In this document: positions 41,158-54,831 of the stretch, piece after piece | How positions within the stretch are numbered: the stretch's first letter is position 1 | Layout of the letters: every line of letters starts with the position of its first letter | Assembly (NCBI GenBank): GCA_030265395.1 | Contig: JARFYF010000001.1 | Coordinates: 31,092,957-31,156,956 of the forward strand | From: Rhina ancylostomus | Lineage: Eukaryota | Direction: 5' to 3' | Length of the DNA stretch: 64,000 nucleotides | The notes under the pieces: generated by a model | The model's input: only the letters and a program-made list of their open reading frames with translations | Told to the model about the DNA's origin: nothing | Database searches by the model: none | Position numbers and translations under genes: made by a program

Positions 41158-42450
41158 GAACATAGAACAGAAGAGCACAGGAACAGTCCCTCAGCCCAAG
41201 AATGTCTGTGCCAAACATGATGCCAATTTAAACCGTACATCTGCCTGCACATGGTCAATATCCATCCATTCCCTGCCTGTTCATATGTCTAAGTGCCTCT
41301 TAATGCCGTGCTACCATATTTTCTTCTACCACTTCCATTGGCAGTGCACTCCTGGTACCTATCACTCTGTGTGAAAAAAAAATTTCCTCATAAGCCTCCT
41401 TTAAACTTTACCTTTCTCTCCTTGAAGCTGTGCCTCTAGTATTTGACATTTCAACCCTGAGAAAAAATAATTGAATCTCTACTCTATCTATGCCTCTCAT
41501 CATTTTGAACACTTCTATCAGGTCACACTTCAGCCTCCAACACTCCAGAGAAAACAACCCAAGTTCGTCCAACCTCTGCTTGCAGCTAATATTCTCTAAT
41601 CCAGGCAACATTCCTGGTGAACCTCTCCTGCACCCTCTCCAAAGCCTCCATATCCTTCCTGTAATGTGATGACCAGAATTGCACTCACTACCTCATATAT
41701 GGCCTAACCAAAGTTTTATACAGCTGCAATATGACTTCCTAATTTTTATACACAACATCCCAACCTTTGAAGGCAAGTATGCCGTATGCCTTCTTTACTG
41801 CCTTTCTAATTCTGTTGCCACTTTCATGGATCTCTGGAGTTGCACCCCAAGATCCCTCTATACATCAATGCTCCTAAGGATCCTGCCACTTACTGTATAG
41901 TTTCCTCTTACATTTGACCTCCCAAAGTACAACACCTCACACTCATCCGGATTAAACTCCATCTGCCATTTCTCTACCCATGTTTCCAATTGGTCTATAT
42001 CTTGCTGAGTCCTTTGACAACCTTCTTCAGTATTCACAACTCCACCAATTTTGCGTCATCTGTAAACTTACTAATCACTCCTCCCCCCCCCCCAACTACA
42101 TTTTCATCCAAATCATTTATGTATAGCACAAACAACAGAGTTACCATTATTGATCCTTGTGGAACACCACTGGTCACAGACCTGCTGTCAGAATAATGCC
42201 CCTCCTCCACTACCCTCTGTCTTCTATGGCCAATTTTGAATCCAGTCTACCAAATCTCCATGGCTCCCCTAAGCCTTAATCTTCTGGATCAGCCTTCCGT
42301 GAGAGAATTAGTTGAAAGCTTTACTAAAACACATTGTGTACAACATTCACTGCTCTACTCTCATCAATCATCCTTATCACCTCCTCAAAAAACTCAATCA
42401 TGTTTGTATGATATGACCTTTCCCGCACAAAGCTATGCTGACTGTCCCTA
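41158..42450 (-). mobile_element. 5'-truncated CR1 LINE (about 1.3 kb)
   Basis: MLPGLENISCKQRLDELGLFSLECWRLKCDLIEVFKMMRGIDR; KFTDDAKL; VTSGVPQGS; gaacatagaaca tail. Confidence 0.9.
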
Positions 42451-43084
42451 AGAATCTTTTCCAAAGCCATAATGATTTTGAACTTCCATGTGAAGTATTT
42501 CCATATGTTCAGCCATATCAGCAGCTACCTGCAAATTGCTAAAGTTTGCCCTGAACTTTCTCTATTTCATATGTCACCCATGGGAACCTGATTGATGCAG
42601 TCTCCTTTTTGACCATACCATCTTCATCTTGTTTACCTGCTGCATGAGCATGAAAAGTTCAACTATTATCACAACTAGAAGATCAAAGTTTAACAACATA
42701 CTAAAAATTTGATCAATTGGTTTTACTCTAGTGATGATTCTGATGCTTGTCATTTTCAAAGGCTGCTAGGGATAGAACTAGCCATGTTGTTGCCATTTTC
42801 ATATTAATTTTTAACATTTTGTTGTCTGCCATACCACAAAAATTTAGAGAAGCTTGTTCATGTTTATACAACAGGTTTTTTTCTGAATTCCTCCCAGTTC
42901 ACAGACTGAAAAGTTTAGTGCCGACTTCCTTGGTTTCTCACAGCATGCTGCCACAGAGTTTTTGGTCAATGTTTGGTTCATGTTAATTTACCATGAAAAA
43001 CACACATGCTAATCATTAACTTGGCTATGTACACTGTCAGAACTTCAGAATTTTTTTTCCAATGCCTTTGGGCTGCATGACAGT

Positions 43085-43795
43085 ATGTATTTATAGAGCA
43101 ACAGCAGGTCATTCAATAAGGTCAAGGTGGATATTCTATCTTGAAACCATCCCCTGATTCTTCTAAAATTCAGAAGTCTATCTATTTAATTTTTAAGTGC
43201 AATAAATGACTGAACTTCCCTTACCTCCCTCTGAAGAAATTGCCCATTTCAGTCTAAAATTGCCTCCCACTTATTTTGAAACAATCCCAAATTCTAGACC
43301 CCTCAGCCAGGAGAAACATCCTCTTTATACCTAGTCTGTCAAGTCCTCTAAGAATTTTATATGTTTCAATGGTCACAGATCATTCTTCAAAACTGTAATG
43401 AACAGGGGCCTAGTCTACTAAATCTCTCTCAAATGACAGATCTGCCACCCCAGAAGCCAGTTTGGCAAATCTTTGCTGCACTTTCTCTAAAGCAGGTATA
43501 TTCTTTCTTGGGTAAGGAGACCAAAGTTGTACACAATACTCCAGGGGTGATTTCACCAAGACTCTATAAAATTGTAATAAGATATTTTTACCCTTGTATT
43601 CAAATCATTCCTCTTCTTTCAACAAAGGCCAACTATTTGCCCTCCTTACATCCTGCTGCATCTGCACCTTAATTTGCAATAACATCCAAGTCTCATTGAA
43701 CATCAACATTTCCCAATCTCTCACCGCTTAAACAATTTAGTATTTCTGTATTTTCTGCCCGTCGCTAACCACACATTTTTCCATATTATGTTCCA
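43085..43795 (-). mobile_element. Old CR1 LINE 3' portion
   Basis: tctgtcaagtcctctaagaattttatatgtttcaat..gatca; ggagaccaaagttgtacacaatactccagg. Confidence 0.65.
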
Positions 43796-44603
43796 AACCC
43801 TATTAAAGCACCAAATGCCCAAAATTCATCATTTTGATTTGTTTTCCCTTGACTTAGATAACTGACCTGCATTAATAATATTTTTATTACAATTTATCTT
43901 GGTTCATGTAGGATCAGATGTGAAAGGAAAGCTGCTGTATCTTGTTCCTAATGTTAGTTGTGACCTTTGCCGACAGGATGTACACAAGGATATGTGCATG
44001 ATCTGATGTTCTTCAGCTTGCAGCAAATTAATCCTCTTGTGCGTAAGCTGTCAAAATATTTTTCTGCCAGCTGAAATGAAACTAAAAGCTCTCATATCTT
44101 GCTCCTATGATTGCAGGCAGAATCTGTGTCTCTTGTGTCTCTATTACCCTAGTGATTGTTGGCTTTCAAGGTACAGTGCATGAAGAGAGTCAAGACTCAG
44201 TTTTATATGAAAAAAAATAATTCTATTTTATAAATGACTCAGTAGGCCATTTGCTACCTTTATTAAGGAAGGACACTTTGGAAAAAATACTGGAAGGGAG
44301 AAGTGATGTTATGTCAACATAAAAGCTATAATGTTGTCTAATTGGAAGATTGATCTTCATGTGCCATTGTAAGGAAAGCTAAAGCCTATTTAAAATAATT
44401 TTAGTGACAGTGGCATATAGAGGAATTCTTCCTAACATATTTTATCTGATGCACTAGATCCTGAACAATGAATTTCCTTTAAATGCCACATTGATATTGA
44501 TCAGTGCAATGACTCCTTTCAGTATTAATTGGACGTGTGGATTTATTTCTTCATGGTGTGCATGTCTAGACTACATAATAGCATTGATATTTTTACTTAA
44601 TAG

Positions 44604-44693
44604 ATTTACCTGGATGTCCATGTACCAAAAAAGGAATGTCAAAGACAAAAAACAAAGATTTCATTGACCCGTATCCTCTGATCTGCTGGACAG
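44604..44693 (+). CDS. CFAP221: CFAP221 coding exon 12 with in-frame TGA (IYLDVHVPKKECQRQKTKISLTRIL*SAGQ)
   Basis: ttaatag| ... CAG|gttagt, 90 bp, phase 0->0; aligns to recalled human segment ..EEFQRLKTEVSHKRVVRNQ..; stop at 44679-44681. Confidence 0.78.
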
Positions 44694-44974
44694 GTTAGTT
44701 ATGTTTCCTTTGCTAACATTGTATGAAATATTTCAACGTTTTTGGGTTGTAGCAGTTCTTTTCCAACAGCTAAGTAGAATGGCATTTTCAGAAATAAAAA
44801 TTAATTCCCAAATACACTAAATACAGTATCAAAATCAAATTTTAATTAGTCTTTTTGGATGGTGAAAGCAGTCAAAAATTCTCTGTTAATAAATCAATTA
44901 AAAATGTGGTAGATTCTGAGAAAAATCAAAGATAATAGAATACTACCAAAGGAGGTTGTTTTTACTTTTCGTCA

Positions 44975-45830
44975 TTTGTCAGGATTTTGGCATCACCATC
45001 AAGGCTAACATTTTTAGCTCATCCTAATTGCCCTTAAAAAGATAATGAGGTACCACCTTCTTGAACTGTGACAGTCTTCCTGGTGCAGGTACTCCCATAG
45101 TGTCATTGAGTAACGAGCTCCAGGATTTAAATCCAGTGACAAAGAAAGAACAGCTATATACTTCCAAGTCAGATTGATGTGCATTTACGAGGAGAAGCTC
45201 CAAGTGGTGATCCCCATGCACCTAAAGTCTAGAGGTTCCAGTTATGGAAGGTGCTGTCGGAGTTCGATAGACCAGTAACCATTTTGTATTTTGATAATAG
45301 TATGCTACAGTTTCTGTATTCTGGTGGTTGAGGGAATAAATGCTTAGGCAGGTTGATGGGAGGCTTTTAAGCAGGCTTCTTGAGAGTTGTCGCTCCTGAC
45401 TTCTGCCTTGTAAATGGTAAAGACTTTGGTGTGAAAAGACTCAGCAATAGTGGAAAAAATTAGGAAGTGAATTACTCACTGCAAGATACCCATCCTCAGA
45501 ATTGTTCTTGTTAGCCACAGCATTATTGTGGCTCATCCAGCTGAGTTTCTGGTCAATGGTGACTCCCAGCATGTTGATGGTAGGGAGTCAATGCTATTGA
45601 AAGTGGAGGGAAAATAGTCAGACTTGTTGGAGACTGTCATTTCATGGTACCTTTGTGCCACAAATATTATTTTCCCTCTCACTGCATGCCTGAATATTGC
45701 TGAGGTCTTCCACACATGAGCTTGGACTGGTTTATTTGCTGAGACTATTGAACATTTATTCAACCAACAGTGAACAGAAATTCACATTCCTGGCCTTGCG
45801 ATGGAAAGAAAGTCCTGCACTGATGTCTTG
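44975..45830 (-). mobile_element. L2-like LINE remnant
   Basis: catcctaattgcccttaa..ccaccttcttgaac..; gagtttctggtcaatggtgactcccagcatgttgatgg. Confidence 0.55.
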
Positions 45831-46844
45831 TGACAGCAAAATTCTGCGTGGAACTCCTACACCTGATTGAATACTTGTCTGTGATAGAAAAGTGGTTGTT
45901 TTGCATTCTTGCTGCCATGATAATAGGTATCATTTGGGACCTAATAACACTTGTAGTGGCTTATGTTCCATTACTAGGGTAAAGGATCTACACAGTAAAA
46001 ACTAATAGAACTTCTTAATTTCAACCACTAATCCAGATGTTTTCTCTCAATTCGTGCATAATTATACTCGCTCCTTGCAAGAGTCTAAGAACTGAAATAA
46101 TGCACCTACACTGTAACTCAATGGACCATATAACAAATTGAATTTGTATCTTAATGAAAAAGGAACACTTCACAGGCTGAGCTTTTCTTGACTCTCTAGA
46201 TCGTTTTGGTTCCCAAGACAAAGTTGATCTTAATTGGCAGGAATAATGTAAAGCACCACCAGTTAGATGGCAGTGTAGTGATGACAAGATTGGTCACATC
46301 AAAGTCAGATGGCAATTGAAGAAACTTTTGAAGACTGACATGCCTCTCTGTCCTTAAATTCACCTCCATTTTTTGTTCTCATTGGCTGTGTATTTAGGCC
46401 TTGGATGCTCTTGACAGCAATGAAGAATCTGCACATGTCATGGAATTAGAAAGCTGCTGAACCTCCTGCAGCCTTTACACGGGCTTTCTTCTGGACTTTA
46501 ACATTTAGGTGCTTGTTAAGTACTTTCTCTTCTCTTGAGGAGTGGTGGAGCTTCCAATGTAGGACACCTTGCATTTGCAATTAATTAGTTCCTGGATCAC
46601 CTGGTCACTCTCATCTAAACAGCCCTAGTTCCTTCTGGCAAATAAACCTAGAATCTCTTCAATATGAGTGCAGACCAGAATCAAGCAAGGCTGTAAAATT
46701 TCAGTCTTGCATGCCGTAATGCTGCACTTCATCTGCAACAACCTTCCTGGCACAGTGGAATAAATATAGAACATAGAACAAATCTACAAGACTAGTTGGA
46801 ACCTCCTAATCCTTGTCAACTCACTGCAACCTCAGCATGCAAGA

Positions 46845-47022
46845 GAGAGAAATATCTTTATTAGTCATGTGTACATCGAAGCACACAGTGAAATACATCT
46901 TTTTGCATAGAGCGTTCTGGGGGCAATGTGGGAGGAAACCGGAGGACCCTGAGGAAACGCACACAGACATGGGGAGAACGTAAAAACTCCTTACAGATAG
47001 TGGCCAGAATTGAACCTGGAAG
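46845..47022 (-). mobile_element. V-SINE core fragment fused to a LINE-type tail
   Basis: atgtgggaggaaaccggaggaccctgaggaaacgcacacagacatggggagaacgt. Confidence 0.7.
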
Positions 47023-47029
47023 CTGCAAA

Positions 47030-47522
47030 AGGCAGATGAAGGTTGCATATACGCACGCTCAAACCTTGACCTCCAAGTCATCATCACTCATTTGCTCAAA
47101 CAAAGAGAGGATGGGACTTAAGCTCAAGATCCATGAAGGAAACGCCCTCTACTAAGATGACCCTGCTGTACAATGTTATTCTCTGACAGTAAAGGTCTAT
47201 GTCAGAAGCCTGGAAAATGTAGACTGATTCCTATATCTTGGAAGCTACCTCTCAGCATGAAATTCACCATCACCTTCAGTATGCTAGCTCAACCTTTGGT
47301 CATCTGAGGAAAATGATAGCTGAAGATCAAGATCTCAAATTCTTCATAAACACATGGACCACAAGACAGTGGTGATTCCTGACTTCTTATATGCTTCTGA
47401 GATTCCTACAATCTACAGCAGACACCTTAAACTTTTGGAAAGAGGCCATGCACTATCTCTGTAAAATCTTCCAAATGTGCTAACAGGATAAGTGAACCAA
47501 TGTCAGTGTCCTCTCCCAGGAC
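47030..47522 (+). mobile_element. RTE-clade LINE RT/C-terminal remnant
   Basis: Degenerate YLGSYLS..EIHHHLQYASSTFGHLRK..EDQDLK..VVIPDFLYASE..IYSRHLKLLE..TNVSVLSQ. Confidence 0.75.
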
Positions 47523-48434
47523 ACCTATAGTGGTTGTGCATAAAGCAGCCAAAACCATGCTACTGTGTAATCTCTTCACAGTAGCATGGTTTTGGCTGCT
47601 TTATACACAACCACAATGGGTTTAGACCACTCACTCCAATTGCTTGCACAGATACACCACTTTGTTTTAGCCTATCTTGCTCCTTAACAACTTGCATCTT
47701 CAGAACCTATAGGAGTAGTCTGGGGTTTGCATCTGTTTGCATACATATGTTATGCCAATGGAACGAGATTCATGTACAATCATTGTACCCTGTTATGCTA
47801 GTGGAACTGACTTTGAAGCATCAGTGCTGAACATGCTATACCAATGTAGCTTGAGTTGTTCACCTGGTCTTTTCTGATTAAAGTTGCCCTTTTTTCATGG
47901 TTTGCCTCAGGGATGGTTGCTTACAAGCAAACTCTATTTGCCCTCTTCAGAATAGGTTTTCAGTTTAGTGATGCTTTCTGGGAATAGTATCCGAGTGAAC
48001 TTGCAGGAAAAAATACCTTGATTTACCACTGAACTGTCTCTGGCAATGTCAATAAAATGTCAAAACACATGTTATTAATCAAAATTTTTATTGAAAATCC
48101 TTCTGTTAATGTTATTGCTGTTATTTCTTGCAACATATATGCTATACAATCCAGATTGTCTGAATGAATTTCCACCTATAAAGTCCTTCTTTATATTCCT
48201 GTCTCAAATAGCCATTGAAATTGCATTTGCTTCTTGTCTTAACCTTGAAACTGTTTAAGTAAGAACCAACTGAAACATGTGGCCATATTAAACTGACAAG
48301 TCTGAGATAACTGACAGCCACTGTACCGATGGCAGTTGACTGAATAGATGTCACCAGTATGCTTTGGACTATGTTTCATAGCCTGAGACATCTCTACAGC
48401 TTATTGAACTTGTTTATTTTATACATTTCCCTTT

Positions 48435-49290
48435 ACTTGAGCATTGTTGGCAAGGCCACCATTTATTGCCATTTCTATTTGCTTTAGGGAGGGTGATGGC
48501 AAGCCACTTTCTTAAACCATACAATCCTTCTGGAGAAGAAACTCCCACAATACTGTTGGCTAGGGAGTTTCAGGATTTAGCCCCAGTGACAATGAAGAAA
48601 TAGCAAGCTAATTCCAAGGCAGGATGATTGCGCAACTTGGAGGGAAACATGCAGATGGTGGTGCTCCAATGCATCTGCTAATCTTCTTAGCAGCAAGAAT
48701 CACAGGTTGGGAGATGCTCTCTGAATACCCTAGATGAGTAGCTACTGTGTATTTTGTTGATGGCTCATATGGCAGACATTGTGCATTGATAGATGTGAAA
48801 CTAATCAAGCGGGCTACTTTGTCTTTGGGATAGCTTCCAAGATCATGAGTGCTGTTGGAGCTGCACATTAAGGCAAGTGGAGGGAATTCCATCACACTCC
48901 TGATTTATACCTTGTATATTGTGGAAAGGCTTTTGGATATGTGGAAGTGAGTTACTAGAAGCAGGATACCCAGCCTCTGTGGCTACAGTATTTATTAAAT
49001 ATATGGCTATTTCATTTGAGTTTTTGGTCAGTGGTGATTCCCAGTTTATTGATGGCTGATGACCCAGTGATAGCAATGCCATTTTATGTCAAGGTGGTAA
49101 TATTCTTTTGTTGGAAGATGGTCATTGCCTGGCAGTCTTGTGGCATGAATTTACTTGCCACTTTATCAGCTCATGCTTGAATGTTGTTGAGACTTTGTAG
49201 TTTGCGAGCATGGATTGCTTCATTTATTGAGGACTTGTGAAAGGAATTAAACATAGTTCAGTCACTAGTAATACTAATGGCTTGTGGTGG
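48435..49290 (-). mobile_element. L2-like LINE remnant
   Basis: gagcattgttggcaaggccaccatttattgcc..; same family as 44975-45830. Confidence 0.55.
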
Positions 49291-50276
49291 ACAGAATTCT
49301 CTAGCATCCTTGGATAGCATGTGCATCAGATTTTGAACATTTCCTTGGATTTTGTTTTTCTTTGTCTGGTTGATAATCTCCCACAATCGAACTTGGCATA
49401 ATGTGTTTGTTTCCTGAGTCCAGTGTTGGGAATGCAAACAAAATTGTCTGCCAACAAAGCCAACAGAGGGTAACTAGGGACTCAGTGCAGCATTCCAAAG
49501 AGTCAATGGCATTATAGCAAAAATTCATAAATCAAGTGTTCAGAAATGGAGAAATAACTTTATGGAAATTCAGAAGCTGAACAGTTAAGACTGCCTTAGG
49601 AAAGCCTGCTGATAGCTGTCTAAGAACACCACTGGCAGAATTCAAAGAATCCACTGTCTGCTTTTTCCCTCAGTTAAAAGTAATAATATGTTGGTTAAAA
49701 GGAAATAAAAGTGATGTGGAATATTTGCTTTATTTTTAACTTTTTTTTATAATTTTTATTTGTTTTTAATTATTGAAAAAGAAACTGACAGAAATAAGCT
49801 GGCAGTTTAGACATCACCTGTGGCAAAAGAAAACAACATTAACTTTTTAGATCAGCAACTTTGCTGCAGAACCTCTGATGGAGATCTGTTTTTATTCTTC
49901 ACGGATGCTGTCCCACATACTCATTTTCTGTTTTATTTGTAAGCATTTTATCATTATAGCATTTTCTGTTCTATTTCAGATTCCTTACATCTGCGGTGCT
50001 TTGCTTTTGCATTTTAATTAATAATGGTTATATCTAATCTAATTTAATTTCTAAGGAATAACATTGTTTATTATAAAATGTTCTGCAAAAGGCAAATCAT
50101 GTAGTTATGGAAAATTATGTTATGCATCTTTTATGATATTATCAAGAATTGTGAAAAGAAACTTGAGCAAGGTTAAGATGTATAAATTACATTTCATTAA
50201 AGAATCAACTTAATTGCTACATCACATCTGAAAATTATTAACATACAATAATTGGGATTTTGTTTATGCTTTCCAG

Positions 50277-50372
50277 TTTCCAAGTTGCACCCCAGAATTT
50301 GATCCTTATTCAAACAATCCCTGGGAAGTTCGTAATAGAGCTCTCAAACATTTTCAACTAGCTGCAAGAAAG
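50277..50372 (+). CDS. CFAP221: CFAP221 coding exon 13 (FPSCTPEFDPYSNNPWEVRNRALKHFQLAARK)
   Basis: gctttccag| ... |gtacaa, 96 bp, phase 0->0. Confidence 0.93.
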
Positions 50373-50689
50373 GTACAAATCAATTCTAAATGCAGAATTC
50401 ATAAACTCAATAATAATTTTTTTCACAAAATGGAAAAGTGATGAAGAAATTTAATCATGTAAATGAATACCACAAATTTGCCTTGCAACTTTGGCTAGGC
50501 AATTGTAGTAAGGCAGGAGTTCTAAGGAAGTAAAAGTTTCTTCTAAGGATAGCTACTTTTTGCTTAAAAACCTGTTGGCCCTTCCATCCAAGTAACCTAT
50601 TGCACTGTCTCTAACCTCTCTTTCCTCTCCTTGAATATTATGTGTATATAGCCATCTTATCAAGACCTCTTTGAATTGCCTTAACAGGC

Positions 50690-51350
50690 TTCCACCATTG
50701 TCACAATGACAATACAACTCTGATATAGTTTATTATATGATTGAGTCATCTGCAACCTTTGACCCAGTTAATCACACCATACTTAAGTGCTTGTTAATCA
50801 GCATCCAACTGAATGGGAATGCAGACATTTTGGTTTCATTCCTATATGTCCAGTTCTAGCCCAAGGATCACTAGCAATAGCTTTTCTTCTTGCATAATTA
50901 CTATCACTTCTGGTGTTCCCTAAGTATTTCTCATTGGCCCCCTCCAACTCCTCATCTACAAAAGCCAAAATAATGATGTGATTTTCCAGATGTATAGTAC
51001 AGCCCAATTTTACCTTGTTATAATCTCCCTCAAATATTATGTCTTTTCTAAACAGTCAGACAATTTGTCTGATATCAAGCACTGGATGAGCATGAATTTC
51101 CTTCATTTAAAAAAGATTACTATAGGCATTAAATTGACACTGGGAAGATAAAAGGCATCATATTTGGTTTGTGTCACTAACCTCATTCCTCTCCCTGACC
51201 TAAAACTGACCATTTCCAGCCTTGTTTGAATTGAGTTTAGATCTTGTATCTGTGTCATGCTTAGGAACACCAGTTTCCACCTACATTACATTGCCCAACT
51301 CTAGCCTTGGCAAGGCTTTACTTGACCTAGTTTGATTATTTTCAAACCTT
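50690..51350 (+). mobile_element. Ancient L2 LINE RT remnant
   Basis: tctgcaacctttgacccagttaatcacaccatactt (SATFDPVNHTIL), acttctggtgttcc (TSGVP), tggatgagcatgaatttccttcatttaa (WM..NFLHL). Confidence 0.6.
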
Positions 51351-51792
51351 GTTGTAGTCAGTCAGCTTTAGATCCTATTGTTGATCAATTTTAAGACTTT
51401 TCATCTAACATTTTTCATTCTTTAATTCCATTTTTTCCTTCTCCCATTTCAGTTCCTTTACTTGCCCCTTCCTTAACTTCTTTCTCTTTTTCTGTTGTCA
51501 GTTAAGAGAACGCAGCTGGGAATAGCCTTATTTTATAAAGATCTGGGTTATTATACCTCAACACTCTGGCTCATTAATCACTGGCCTGTGACTCACTTGA
51601 GCAGATGCCTTGTATCCCACTAGGTGGATTGACATGGACCACTTTTTTAATAAGTGAGAAATATTGGACATATGCACTGATAATGATTAGCTAATTATCC
51701 ACTTGTTTCCAGAGTTATAATGTATAGGCAGCTTATTTACAATTATTTAGAATTACTTTCTCATAAGACCAGACTAAACAATTAAAATTTAA

Positions 51793-52030
51793 GGGTGGCA
51801 CAGTAGCATAGCGGTTAGCATGATGCTGTTACAGCGCCAGCGATCAGACTTCAATTCCCACCGCTGTCTGGAAGGAGTTTGTATCTTCTTCCTGCATTTG
51901 CATGGGTTCCCTCCGGGTGCTCCGGTTTCCTCCCACATTCCAAAGATGTACAGGTAGGTAAAATGGGAGGCATGGACTCGTTGGGCCAGAAGGGCCTGTT
52001 ACCACGCTGTAAATAAAATTTAATTTAATT
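51793..52030 (+). mobile_element. Near full-length tRNA-derived V-SINE
   Basis: gggtggcacagtagcatagcggttagc (A box); ttcaattccc (B box); ccctccgggtgctccggtttcctcccaca core; CR1-like tail; AT-rich flanks. Confidence 0.85.
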
Positions 52031-53625
52031 TAAAATAGTTACTAGATTGTGAAGAAAAAAATGCTTGAAATAAAGAAAAAGCTGAAAGCTTCAAGCTGTT
52101 TTCAATAACAAAATTAAACTCCAGACTAATGCAGTAATTAATATTTTTTGATTTATATGATATGAACCTTTAATGGAATTGATGTGAGTTGGGTGACACT
52201 TTTATACTATACAGACAATTTTAGAACAAAGTGCTCAAGACTGAGAGTTATGGGATGAGAAATATATGTCATGAATAGTTCAAATGTATTTTTAAATAGC
52301 TTCTAAACTTGTAGGGGTTCTTTATTTGCATGACCCTGGCAGGAATAATAAATTCCTGTCCCATGGGTTGNNNNNNNNNNNNNNNNNNNNNNNNNNNNNN
52401 NNNNNNNNNNNNNNNNNNNNNNNNNNNNNNNNNNNNNNNNNNNNNNNNNNNNNNNNNNNNNNNNNNNNNNNNNNNNNNNNNNNNNNNNNNNNNNNNNNNN
52501 NNNNNNNNNNNNNNNNNNNNNCCTGATCATCCTACTCTCTAACTTTTCTAAAAAATAGCTGGAGAAGTTTCTGCTAATATTTCTCTCTGTTTCTCGGTCC
52601 CCTTTGACTAGCTTGGAGATTGAAATGGTATCCTAAAGCATCTGGTTTCTATTGTTCCAAAGCCATGCCTTTGTGGAAGGCCAGCAGAGTTTTACTGATC
52701 AGCTGTCTTAAGTTTGAAGTATACTGAGTCAATGTCATGTCACAATTTCTGTAACTTTATTTTCAGATTTGCCAACTTTAACATCATTAAAAAGAAGCAT
52801 CTCATATTTTTTCTTCTCCTTGCCATTCTAGAGCTTTCTCATGTTTTGTAGATCCTCATTTCCATCTATCCTCTGCCCTAATTGATCAGTTGTCAAATTG
52901 TTCATTATGTCTATCCTTTTTTTCCCTAACTTTAATTTCAATTATCCGGATGAAGAATCTGTAACTCACAACAACTAATTCTCCTTGTAGTTTTGATGTG
53001 GCCTTTCCCATAACTTGTAACATGCCTAGCTCAGAACTTATTTTTATTCAATGCCTTACCTACAGCCTTCATTTCAAAGCCCACATTTTGTTTTCATTTA
53101 TTCATTACTCAGAACATGAGTGCCAGCATTTCTTGCCCATCTCTAACTGTCCTGAAGGAGATGGTGAGAAGGCAACTTCTTTATCCACAGCAGTCCATCT
53201 GGTGAAGGCACTTCCACAATGCTGTTGGATTAGGAGTTCCAGGATTTAGNNNNNNNNNNNNNNNNNNNNNNNNNNNNNNNNNNNNNNNNNNNNNNNNNNN
53301 NNNNNNNNNNNNNNNNNNNNNNNNNNNNNNNNNNNNNNNNNNNNNNNNNNNNNNNNNNNNNNNNNNNNNNNNNNNNNNAGTGATTCAATTTTTCCTGATG
53401 TTTATGTACCTAATCTCTAATTACCTATCAGCTTCAAAATCTTTCTGTAATTTATGATTCCCATTGACGAATATGCTGTTATATGAGGCACTTCTGGAAC
53501 TCTCGTCTTTAACACAATTTAGTTTATAAACTTTACATGGCATCAATATCTTCAACATAGTTAACATACTATTGGCATGCTCATTCTGCCAACATTTTAC
53601 TCGCAAGCATTTCTTTTGATTTTAG

Positions 53626-53722
53626 GTTATCATACAATGCCGAGTAAATCACAGATTGACTTTGTTGCGAAAACTTGTTGAAAGTCTCAAAACTCAAACA
53701 GAAAGTTTAATCAATTTCAACA
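53626..53722 (+). CDS. CFAP221: CFAP221 coding exon 14 (VIIQCRVNHRLTLLRKLVESLKTQTESLINFN)
   Basis: gattttag| ... A|gtaagc, 97 bp, phase 0->1. Confidence 0.9.
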
Positions 53723-54703
53723 GTAAGCATTTGATTTTTTTTAATCTCTTAAAGCAATCTTAGTAAAACATATACCAGAAACTATCATTTTAAATGGTAA
53801 TATTTTATACTTTCACTTAAGGCAGAAACTGAATGCCTTATTTATAAATCTTATTACATAATACTCTGACATATGATTACTAACTAGTTTTGGATTATTC
53901 AGCATGTATGTAATATTATGATGACATTGTGGGATTGTCCTTATTCTTTAGGAACAAGCACTAAATTTCAGCCATTGTGCTGTATTCTAAATGAATCTTA
54001 GTTTATAGCTGTATGTATTTTAAAAAGTGCCACTCAGGAGTTTCACAAGCAACTCTGGTTTTCACATATGAGCATTGAAATTTCATGGCTCAGCTCTCCC
54101 AGCAGAAGAACCATAAATCCAGGAATCTCAGATAATCCAGACCCTGTCCTAAATTATGCAGACAAGGTAATTTGCCTGGATGAACATTCTGTGCCGATAA
54201 GGATGTGTCACTAAGTTTTCTCCAGACTTGCTAGCACTAGGTGGACTAGCCCTAATGGAGCTCTTATTAAATGAAGATTTTAAAACATGCACTATTAAAG
54301 GAGCCTTTAGATGTCAAGTAACCACCTAGCCCAGTGCTCAGTTATTTAATTCAGGGCAAGATCTGAAACCTTTTCTGCAGTTCTCGAAATTACCTCCAGG
54401 CTTCAGCTGGTGAGAATTACAGGAAACCTTTAAAAGGATCAATGGGATGAAATTCTTTGGGTCTTCCATAACACCCTTAGATATAATAGTGAAGAACAGA
54501 TGACATACTTATCATATTCCAAACTGCAAGAAATTTTGCTGAAAGCAATTTCTAGCCCTAAATTCCAGTGGCTACATGCCCACCTATTCTGCAGTTCTTG
54601 GGCCAAGACGGATGCCCATAACTATATGCTTTGACCAAAACACACATTTCTTTGTTTTTACATATTAACATGCTTTAAGCTACTTTTCCTTCTTCCTTGG
54701 CAG

Positions 54704-54831
54704 AGAGCAGCATAGTCACCATTGATTGTTCAGATCAGGAAACTGAAAAGTATCATGCAAGTCTTTCCATGGAAAAACTTCTGCCTTTTACATTCCCTTA
54801 TTATGTCTCTCCTGACTGGAGTGATGAATTA
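54704..54831 (+). CDS. CFAP221: CFAP221 coding exon 15 (KSSIVTID...EKLLPFTFPYYVSPDWSDEL)
   Basis: cttccttggcag| ... |gtaagt, 128 bp, phase 1->0. Confidence 0.9.

Noticed and set aside
44679-44681. Selenocysteine recoding of the TGA
   Set aside because: The aligned residue is Arg, not Cys; CFAP221 is not a known selenoprotein; the 3' UTR (SECIS) is not in the window.
51793-51870. tRNA gene
   Set aside because: The A/B-box head continues into a V-SINE core and tail; no intact cloverleaf.
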